DNA of 57,752 nt, the filler included, from Basidioascus undulatus (Eukaryota): NCBI GenBank assembly GCA_000826855.1. It is 6 parts of 6 records of this genome, joined end to end, with 100 filler letters (N's around TTAATTAATTAA, not from the genome) between each part and the next. Parts side by side here need not be neighbours in the genome. Positions count along the whole stretch, not along the records: positions 9,674 to 19,232 come from JTLS01001243.1; positions 19,333 to 28,887 come from JTLS01001244.1; 4 more parts are not named here. One strand, 5' to 3'. Below are positions 11,873-21,899 of the stretch, one piece after another (within the stretch, counting starts at the first letter, position 1; every line of letters begins with the position of its first letter). A model generated the notes under the pieces. The model saw only the letters and a list, made by a program, of their open reading frames with translations, did no database searches and was not told the origin of the DNA. The position numbers were made by a program, and so were the translations under genes.

Positions 11873-13669
11873 ATGATTTCCTCCAGAGCACAAACTCATC
11901 TTGATAGCATCTCGAGACCGCACTAGTAAACGTTGTTCCGTTCCTGCTCTCTCTGACCGAGTGAAGTCTCTTATGCATGCTGATGCAAATCCTCAATTGT
12001 TGCGACCAGCACACCTCCTCCCGGCGGCTACTACGATCCCTCAATCCATCCAGATGGGATCATAAACCTCACTACGGCGGAAAACTCTCTCTTGCCGGAC
12101 ACTGTGCTCGAGGTCAGCAGAGGTCTTCAGTTCCCCGGACGGTTTTCCGCATGCTGACTTCGTCTCCCAAAGTACCTCAACTCTCACCTCGATCTGCGCG
12201 TTCAGCACCTGAAGTACCGGTCGACGCTTCTCCGGTCAGCTCTGCCTAACATCGACACTGTCTTGCCCAAAGTCATCAACAGGCATTTCAGCCCGGTTCG
12301 GCCTGTAACCGTCGACAACTCGGTCGCCGGACCAGGGATCGGGGCACTTCTTGCTCAGCTTATCTGGGCACTTGCCGACGTGGGGGAGGGCATAATGCTG
12401 ACCACGGTGCGTTCTTCCAGTGTTTACAACTGATACGCAGTCTGCTCACAGCTGGGAAGGCGTCTCGCAGCCTTTCTACGGTTCGTCTGCGCACATCCTG
12501 CATCTTGCTCATTAAGACTGGTGTCTGATGTATCTCACGTATGCCCCTCAGCCGACTACTTACGTGACATCCGTTACCCCGCTCAAGCTCAACTCGTCCT
12601 GGCGCACGTGCCCGAGGGTATCGACCCGCTATCGCCCGCAGTCCTCCCCATCATCAGGGAGAGGATCCTCTCGAGCGCAAAAGAGGGGGTCCCAGTCCGC
12701 GCCTTGATCCTGTGCAATCCACACAATCCCATCCCTCAGTGTTACCCGCTCGAGACGATCCGCGGGTACTTGGCGCTCGCGAACGAGGTAACCTTTTCCG
12801 GGCTTTATCGATTTGCTTGACAGCGGGTAAACTGACGCAAATACTTCCACCAGTTCTCTATCCACCTCATCGTCGACGAGGTCTACGGCCTGTCGTGCTA
12901 TCCAACCTCCTTCACCCCGTCTCCCCCTCCGTTCATCTCCGTTCTCTCTCTCCCATCCATCTCCGCCGAAACCCTGCAATACGTCCACATCCTCGCCGGC
13001 GTGACGAAGGACCTCGGGTGCTCGGGGCTCAAAGTGGGCCTGCTCGTCTCCGAGAACAAGGCGGTGCTCGCCCTGGTTCGGAAGGTGCTGCAAGCCGTGC
13101 CGATCAGCGGCGCAAGCGATGCCCTGCTGACCATTCTGCTGGATGACGAAGCCTTCTTTGAAGGGTTTCTGGAGGACAACAGGTCGGCCTTGAGCAAAGC
13201 ATTCGAGCTCGTTGGTAAATGGTGCACCTTTCATAAACTACCGCAAGTTGTCTCTTTTACACTTTCACCGCATCGCTGTTCTGTTGACTGACGTCCAACG
13301 CATTCGAGACAGATTCACTCCCGCTTCCGCTGGCTTGTACTGCCTCGTCGACTTTTCCTCGATCTTGCTGAACTTGCCCGCGCCGCCACAAGCCACGCCA
13401 GTCGAGATTCTCGACACGGCGGTCGAAGAGATGCTCAAGTGCAAGGTCTTCCTCACGCCCACCACGGCCAGCATGGCGGATCCCGTCCCGAACCGCTTCC
13501 GGCTGATTTTTTCGCAGAAAGAGCCCGCGATTAAAGTGAGCTTCCGGTTTCTACGAGACCACATCAGATACAACGCGATGTTAACGCTGCTGCGTTTCAC
13601 TTCGCCGTTCAGCTTGCCTTGAGGCGGATCGAGTCGGCGTTCCGGCTTCCCCAGGCACCGTTTCTTTGA
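11873..13669 (+). CDS. PLP-dependent aminotransferase class I/II, ACC-synthase-like
   Basis: YDPSIHPDGIINLTTAENSL, PFY|ADYLRD, LILCNPHNP, HLIVDEVYGLS, GVTKDLGCSGLKVG (PLP lysine), NRFRLIFS; stop TGA 13667-13669. Confidence 0.85.
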
Positions 13670-14239
13670 ATGTTCCGTGTTCGAGACCCTCATATATACC
13701 CTGTCTACTTTTCATGCTGTCAGTATGCAAAAAAGTACTTGATGCCGGTCTTAATGAAGAACACGAAACCCACGTGAGGCGTGGAGAAGGACCCCTGGCC
13801 AAGAAAAGGCGCTCCAACCTTGTGCGTTCGTGACGAGGACTTCGGTTTCTTTTGATATGCTTCATCAAGCCACTATCAAGCTTTAGGTAGTGGAGTAGCA
13901 GGGGAAGCGTAGGCGAGCCTAGGGTGGCGACGTTACTCCTCAACCGGCTCTGTCGATGCCAATCTACGACAACTTGTCGGATTGGCAAAGTCTGGAAACA
14001 GGAAGACGCCCAGCTGCTACTGATCGTTTTTCTTGTTACGTCTTGTACCCCTTGTTACTTGAGGGTAGCCGAGCTAAACAAACGGGACAACTGATTGGCC
14101 AATCGGCGTCTACAGCTTCCGTTGCCCACCTCGCAACCTTGTGCAACCGGATAACGGTTCGGCAGTTCTTTTGAACCCGCCTTTTGATCTTTCGACCGCA
14201 CATTCCATCTTCACATCCTGCCTATTGCCATTCTTCACA

Positions 14240-16462
14240 ATGCTCAAATTGCTACTGCTCCTGGCGTTTTTGCAGGCTTTCGTCTGCTACGCTGCGGTGC
14301 CGCGCCAAAAAGAGCCCGATTTGCAGCTCCATCGTGTTTTCTAGTCTGTCGACCTCTTCTCCTTTATGAGGCTGCAAAAACTGACCGTTCCCATTTCAGC
14401 GGGCTGGTAACGAGTCCTCGACTCGATTAGTAGAGATATTCCAACTCATCAACGTCCTGAGATGCCAGTGCTACAACCCGCCGGGGTCAATACTGCCCGA
14501 CTGCACTGCAGCTCAGGCAGAGGTTACCGCCGACATTGAGCTCCTTGCCCAACTCACGCCTCGTATCAGAATCTAGCACGAGTTTCCAGCTTTCACTCCG
14601 GTCGAAAGGCATCTTCCTGACTGAAAACACTGTGCAGCGGAGCCGACTGTCGTCAAACCTCGCTGGTGCTGCAAGGAATCGAAGATTCGGGGGTGGATCT
14701 GAGCATTTATGCTGCAATGCGTAAATTTCCCACGTTGTATAGAAACTTACCAAGTTATTCACACAATCTTGGAACCTAGATGTCGACGGTAACGACACCG
14801 TTTTCGGCATGTTTATCCACTCGGTTCCCAATCGCAACCCTTTGGCTTCCATGCTGAGCCCGGATCCATTTCAATCGTACAGAGCGACAGTTGACAGAGA
14901 TCACCACTACGCTCCAAAAATACGGTACCTCCCGTATTCTAGGCGTCATCGTGGGCGTAAGTTTTCTTATTGCCTCTCTGCCTTCGGCTGTGGGAGTGCT
15001 GACCTCGATCGCAAAGAACGAATACCTGCTCAGGTCATGTGCGTAGTACCCTGATTTCTGAGAGGTTTTATTTGGCATGACAATGGTCATTCACAGACAG
15101 CGCTGCGTCTTCCCCTGCCGATATGGAGACCGCACGCACCAAACTCCTCGGCTACGTCCGACAGACGAACGACACTCTCGGAAGCCTGGAGCTCAAGAAA
15201 CCCGATGGGCGTCCGATCCCGGTGGGCACAGCGGACGGTGGCACCGGCGCTCTCGACGTTGAAGTGTGCGAAGGAGTGGATTTCTTGGTGAGTACACGGT
15301 CTTCCTCACCTGTCGCGTTGTTCCTGGCATGCTGAGCTGGGGGTGACCAGATGTCTAACCTCCAACCATGGTACAGCGCGCTTCCATACAACATGGCGGC
15401 AACATGGGTGTGCTTTTCCTTGTCCGGTAGCCTTTCTTGCTCTGATGAGGGCGCATTGCTTAGTCGACGTTCGACTCGTCAGGCGCACGCATATTTCAAC
15501 GTGAGTGTTCTTCTTTTCCCAGAAGGTTTCCAAGGGCTCATCGCCTTGCGCTAGGACCAAAATGTCGCAACGTGTAGCAGAGCCTCCAACAACCCGACAA
15601 TGTGAGAGTACCTGTGGTCTCGACGACATGATTCAGCAGGTGATCATCTTCGGACACAATTCGCAGGTACATCGGCGAGGTAGGTCTTTCATTCTCGCTT
15701 ATGCTCAAAGGCAGATCTGTAATGGTGCCTAAGCCACAACTAGTCTGACGGATGGGTCTGTTCGCCAGATCGGATGGCCGACGCAGAGCATGGACCCAGT
15801 CCTGGGCGTGAACGGCGCCAACAGCCCTGCCAGCACCGAAAGGCTGCAGACACTGCTCGAGTACCTAAAACATTCAGCCTTGTACATCAAACGAGGTTTA
15901 ATACTGGCATGTGTTGGTGGGTCCTTCGGACAGCACATATGTTTGCCAGGCCAACTCAAACGGAAGCCAGTATTTCTTCTTCGAGTTTGCGGACGGTAAG
16001 TAGGCTTTCCAGTTCGGTACCTTCCTTGTTCTGACAATTGAATTTTTCCCCTTCAATCTTTCCAGAGCAATGGAAGGAGGCGTACGGCGGGGTCGAGCCA
16101 TATTGGTATGTCGCGTTCATCACCCAAACCGCCTCAGCCCAGGTTTCTGTACGTGCTGTGTTTACCAACTCAATTGCATGTGCAGGGGTCTATTCAGTGT
16201 AGACAGGCAGCTAAAGAATCTTACTATCCCTGGCTGCCTTGGTAAGCTATCTTGCTGTCCACGCTGGATACGTAACTGAAGCTCTTCCATTGCAGTGGAT
16301 TCACGCGCCGAAGTCGATCCCCTGACGCCGTCGTCCAGTCCGAGCACACCCCCGACCGGAGTGGCTTCTGGAAACGACCTTTTTAGGGCCAACAAAAACA
16401 TCAGCCGCGGGACAGTAGGGTTCCTTGTTTGCATGCTAGGCATGGCGCAGTTGTTGAGGTAG
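14240..16462 (+). CDS. Secreted glycoside hydrolase family 17 beta-1,3-glucanase/glucanosyltransferase, probably GPI-anchored
   Basis: Signal peptide MLKLLLLLAFLQAFVCYA; LAQLTPRIRIY|GADC; GVIVG|NEYLL (acid/base Glu); YIGE|IGWPT (nucleophile Glu); YFFFEFAD|EQWK...GGVEPYW|GLF; S/T/P-rich spacer and hydrophobic C-terminus. Confidence 0.85.
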
Positions 16463-16732
16463 CATGTGGTCCGAGACGTTGCTTATTGTAGTATGTACGT
16501 TAGCCGTTCCAAGTAAGCACACACAAGCTAGTGTATTGGATGCTCTTGCGATTGAACTTCAGTGTTGAACGGCAAGCACTTCCCAACCGACGGCGTTATT
16601 TTTAATGAAGCCAGGCGTGCCATCGGATCGCGGCGCCGGGACGCGCGCCCTTTCAAGGTCTTCCTTCTCCCACCATCATCAACTCATGCTGACACCCACA
16701 TACTCACGCCTTGAACCTCTCATATTTTCGCA

Positions 16733-17502
16733 ATGTTCGCTCCCCTGAAGCTGCCTCACGACGTTCATCGTGCTCATCATCCAGGAAGCTGGAGCTCCTG
16801 TGCGCCCTTTCGCGTACACTCGCGACACCGCCACCCTCACCGCGCTCATCCTTGTCTCGAAAAGCCTCGACGCGGTCGCTTCCAAAGCTCTCTATTCATC
16901 AATCCTGTGCACAAACAACGCTGATGGCCCGACCTGACCTCGCGAAGCATGTCCACGAGATCGCGTTCCTCGCTAGCCACAAGAAGCCAGAGCGCCCCTG
17001 GAGTCTTCAGAGTGTCTTGAAGTCGATCGCGAACAGCGTCCATCGTATCGCAACCTGTCATTCGATTCTTACAGCAGGCGCATCAACGCGTACTTGTCGC
17101 GAATGGCTCCGAAAGGCAGTATACCTCAAGGAATTCGTTGGCTTGTGGATTAATCACGCCGGAACGCTTGCGGCGGACTTTCCGAAATGCCAGAGAGTGG
17201 CGCATCCCCTAGGATTTCTCGAGTTTCTTCAATGGGGCGGTCTTCCTTTCCCGCGCGTTCTGCCCGCTGTTCGGCATATGGTTCTGAGGGGCTCCCGCTA
17301 CTTTCCTGTGCGGCTCTTGGGTGACTGCACTCCTGCGCTTGAGCGCGTCGTCTTTCTTTTCGACGAGCGCTGTCTAGCTCGAGAGGAACACGTTGCAATA
17401 GAATCGCAGCTGAATGACTTGAGCAGAAGCACCCGCCAGTTCGAGACAGTGGTGTCTTTCAGGATATGGGAGGAATATCCAAAGAGAGCCTTACTCTGGT
17501 GA
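16733..17502 (+). pseudogene. Frameshifted F-box-like pseudogene
   Basis: F-box-like text is spread over three frames with no splice sites: MFAPLKLPHDV / IVLIIQEA...TLTALILVSKSLDAVASKALYSSIL / TTLMARPDLAKHVHEIAF...W*. Confidence 0.6.
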
Positions 17503-17817
17503 TGCGGGACGGGACGTTGCGGGACCTCGGCAGTACTAGTGCTTGACGGGAAAGGGCTGGAGGGGAGGCTGAGGGGGGCGCAAAAGGTGAGGTCGAGCGG
17601 TGCGGGACGTTGGGTTTCTGGTATCTGTCATGGACGTTCTGCTGGGGTCGGCCAAACACATGCATCACAATTCTCTTCTCATACGCCGGCTGCCATGCAG
17701 CGTTGTAAAGGTCCGACGCACGATGACGTGGCAAGCGCTCAAAGTACGAGGGGGTATATCTCTAATCGCAAAGTGTCCATTCTCACCACCATCCCTCCCT
17801 CCGCACGCCCTCTCCTC

Positions 17818-19232
17818 TCACTGGCCCTTCATCTGCCCCCTCGCCTCCGCGGCCGCGACCTTCCCGACGAACTTGACCTGCTGTGCGACTTCGCGGAGCA
17901 CGTCGAGCACCTGCCCGTTGCCCCTGATGAACCCGTACTCTGCGTACTCGAGCCCCTGCTCTTGGGCGAACGCCACGACGAGGTCGCGCGTCGCGCGGAG
18001 GTTATGGCGCGGCACGCGCGGGAAGAGGTGGTGGGAGACCTGCATGTCGAGTCCGCCGTGCATGAAGGAGAGGTACGCCGGGCACGCGACGTCCATCGTT
18101 GTGCGCAGCTGGCGGTGCGCGAAGCACTCGGAAAGGCCGAGGTCCTCGGTCGAACGCGCGAAGTGGGAGAGGACGATCTGGGGAGGGATGAAGGTAAGCG
18201 GCGGAATGCGCGGTGGGAGATCAGTGCGCGTACCTGGACATGCAAGGGAGATGCGCAGATGTTGGACAGGAGGAGGAACGCGAGGCGGGACGGCCAGATC
18301 GGGATGTGGCGCAGGAGCGCGCCGTACCACAGCCAGAAGATGGCGATGCCGACAAACTCAAAGTTGCGGTACCAGTCGTTGCGCGCCTTTGTGAAGAGGA
18401 AGATGTACGATTGCGCAAAGAGGTTGAAGCGCGCGAGCGACATGACGATGTAGTAGAGTCGGTGTCTGGGGAGTGCAGCGAGGTCAGAGGGTTGACCGAA
18501 GGGGGAGGTTGGGAACGCACTGCATGGGAAGAAGGAAGCGCGCGGGGAGGTCGAACGCCATCACCCGACGGTAGTAGGTGCTCCACATGGAGGCGAAGAA
18601 GCGCGTCGAGATGGCGAAGAAGGGGATATGCTGGATGTCCGGGTCGTGCTCGGGGTGGTTCGTGACGACTGCGGGTGTGTGGCATCGTCAGCAAAAGCCC
18701 AAGCTGAAAGCGGAATGTAAAAGTGACTGACTGTGGTGGATATCATGGTTCTGTGAAGGTGCAGTCCGAACGTTAGCATTGTGGTTCGCCCAACTCTCGA
18801 AGCGAATCCAGCGCCAACTCACATCGCACCACCAGTTCGCGCTGAGCCCGCCGATGAAGCTCGCTATGAAGCACGCCAGCGTGCGGTCCACGCCAAGCTT
18901 GCCCGTGATCTCCGTGTGCCCAGCATCATGGACGACGAACGTGACCTGGTGCCAGAACAGGCCGAGGGCTGCGCCGCTGGCGACGAACCAGCTGTTGTAG
19001 TAGAGCGCGGCGAAGGCGACGAAGAGCGCCGTGTAGCGCATCATCTCGTAGAGGTATGCGTCGCGCTGGATCGTGTACAGCCCCGCGGCCTTGACGCGCG
19101 CGTGCAGCTGGCGGTACGCGCGCTGGATCTCGGCTTGCCGCTGCGGGGAGAGCGAGGGCGAGGGCGGCGATGGCGGTTCGAGGGAGGCGGGGGTGAGCGG
19201 GATAGGGGGGAGGGAGGAGGGAGGGAGGGATT
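17818..19232 (-). CDS. SLD1: Front-end-type desaturase, probably delta8-sphingolipid desaturase; 5' part (expected cytochrome b5 domain) lost at contig end
   Basis: His boxes HDAGH, HDIHH and QVSHHLFP; GGLSANWW; TNHPEHDPDIQHIPFFA; LHVQ|IVLSHF; QLRTTMDV. Confidence 0.88.
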
Positions 19233-19332
19233 NNNNNNNNNNNNNNNNNNNNNNNNNNNNNNNNNNNNNNNNNNNNTTAATTAATTAANNNNNNNNNNNN
19301 NNNNNNNNNNNNNNNNNNNNNNNNNNNNNNNN
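19233..19332. other. Artificial contig linker
   Basis: N44-TTAATTAATTAA-N44. Confidence 0.98.
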
Positions 19333-21486
19333 GGGAAGAGGGAGACGCACGTGGAGGTAGCGTTCCAAGCTTGCTCGGCTCTTGGTCTGCCCGTCGCGCG
19401 CGTCCGACCCACTCTTCTCATCGAAGCGGTTACAGTTGTACCTGCCCGTCATGAACGAACGACATCAGTTTGTTTTCTGTGGTCCCCATACGGCCGATAT
19501 CACGCACCAGTTGTTGCCGTGCTCCGACCATGGGCCCATGCATACCCAGCAGAACTCTGTGCGCCAGCAGCAGCCAAATCAGCATTCCGGTCGGAAAAAG
19601 AGAGCAAGACTTGGAGCCACGCACCGTCCTTGCACTTCTTGCACGTCATATGATTGCACCCGCCATTCTTCTCGATCGTCGAGTGGCACTGTAACAAAGC
19701 AAATCCCGTCAGTACTCCTAGCCGGCAAATAAACCCCCAGGAGCACCGCTCGCCCAACGCACCTTCGGGCACTCCTTCGTGTTCGCCGAAATCCAGTTGG
19801 CTGTCTCCGAGTCGTCCTCGCACTTCTTCAACCACAGCTTCGTGATGCCGCAGATGGCCGGGCGGTGGTCTGCGCTGCACCCGCAGCCGAAGCACGACAT
19901 CTGGCCGCACGCGCAGTGCACGATCGGGATCGTCGTGTCCAGGTGCGACGGCCGGACCTGACACTCGATCACGTTCTCGCAATCCGGCCCAGGGCAGTAC
20001 TTCAGCCCGCGCCGGTTGTCTTCGACGTACGTGCGGTTCAGGAGCGTGTTGTACCTGCGCCGTAGGAACGCAAACGTGAGTATGAGGGGAGAACGGGATG
20101 GTGGGGAAGCGGAGGGGGACGCACCGGTTGAACGTCTCTGAGGACACGAGCATCTCCACCGTCTTCTCGTCCACCACCGCCTGCACAACGATACGTCCCA
20201 AACTCAGCAATGCCTTCTCAACACAAGCAAGATGTCAAGAAGACGCACCGAGCAGTCCGCCTCCATGCACTCAATCTTCTTGCTCTCTCCCTGCCCCCTG
20301 ATCTTCTCCTCGAAGTGGCCCCTCCAGCAGTCCGAGCAGAAGCGGTGCCCGCAACTCAGCGCGAGTGTCTGGATCCAACATCCAGCCCATCCCCATCCCA
20401 ACATCAGCACATGCCACTCGGGGTGCGTTCTGCCACGACCGCGAAACACACGCACCTGCACGAACTCGCCCTCCCCGCCCTGGCAGCAGATTTCGCACAC
20501 GAAGCCCTTGATACGCTTGAGGCGCGGGTGGTAGTGCGCGAGATGTCGTGTGCCCTGCTCGGGGCTCGAGGTGGGCGAGGTGGGCGAGGGGGTCGAGGTC
20601 GAGGTCGAGGGCGCGAGGCCCGCGGCGGTGAGGACCGCGTCCGGATTCTCCATGTACCGCTCGATCAGGCGCTCCTTGTTCCAGTCGTAGTGCCGCAGGA
20701 GGATGGCTGCGTCGGTGGACTGTCGCGTAGTCGGATCAGCGCTTCAGCTCGGACAGACCCACACACGCAGGGGCAGGCTCAGCGCACCTTCAGCTCGAAG
20801 AGGCCAGAGATGTGATCGATCTCCTTCTGTTGTCGCGCGATGATGTCCTTCACGTCGTGGATCTTGTACTCGACCTCGAACTTGCCTTTCTTGGCCTTGT
20901 CGAGATCGCCGGTGGAGAATGCCATATCGTCATCCTCGTCGTCATACTCGGCGTCCGACGGCGCGTCCGACGGGTTCGAGGACTCGTATCCTATGATGGA
21001 CGAAGTATATCAGTACATGAGCGGCAAGGATGCTGTAAAGCCTCCTGCTGTTGCGAGCACAGGTGGCAAGACGGACATGCGCGACGCCTGCCTCTCGTGG
21101 CGTGCTCGTGCGATAGCTCGCCGTCTCTCGCAGAGACATGACAATCTAGCGTCATGAGGCCCACAGAGAGGATGCCAGTGGCGGAACATGGCCACGCAGA
21201 AGAGGCACAGAGGAACAGCCGTTGCAGCCATCCCAGCAAGCACGTCCTCCTCTGAGCAGTCGAGCGGCCATGCCCAGCCTGACGCGTTCCATTATCGTGC
21301 GCCACACGTATGAGGCGTCCCCAAGCGACCCCTTCCAATCCCAAGACACAGCGATCCACCAAGAAAGCCAATCCCCAGCCTATCGCCCAGAGGCGGAGCG
21401 CAAGACTCACCAGAAGCCATGTCGTCCTCCTCAAAGCCCGCGTCGTCGTTCATCGCGAAGTCCGAGAGCTCCTCGTCGCTGGCCAT
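19333..21486 (-). CDS. ARI1: Ariadne-family RBR E3 ubiquitin ligase (ARIH1/Hel1-like), 3' truncated
   Basis: Acidic N-terminus; ILLRHYDWNKERLIERY; RING1 CEICC...CGHRFCSDCW; IBR YCPGPDC...CACGQMSCFGC...HRPAIC; WLKKCEDDSETANWISANTKECPK|CHSTIEKNGGCNHMTCKKCK (RING2); FCWVCMGPWSEHG. Confidence 0.93.
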
Positions 21487-21899
21487 GGCGGGTATGGGAG
21501 CGGGGGAAGGGGGGAATGAAGGGGTCGTTACAGTGGGCTGATTGGGACGTTAAAATGTATGCGTAGACCGTTGCAGTGCGATGTTGTGAGGCAGGGAGAG
21601 CGAGCGAGTGGAGGGCAGTGTGCGGTCAAGCTCGGTGCCTCGGAGTCTCGGACGGCGGCGCGAAGGTGGGCCGTGTCATCTCGCCGATCGTTAAGTGCTG
21701 AAACCTAACCAGCAGTTTTGTGCCACATTTTCACCACTTGGGACGAAAGTTACTTGCACAAACAATAATTGGCTGACTGCATTATGAGCATTGAAATAGA
21801 TGCACACAGGCACTTTTCCGCGGAAAATCAGTGGTTGACCTGCGATCTGACTCAGTGCATGCTGTGCTCAAAACGGCGATGCCGGCTGCGAAGCGCGTT

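Noticed and set aside
11873..19232. ACC-synthase-like, GH17 and desaturase genes as a biosynthetic cluster
   Set aside because: No shared pathway, backbone enzyme, transporter or regulator; looks like ordinary gene order.
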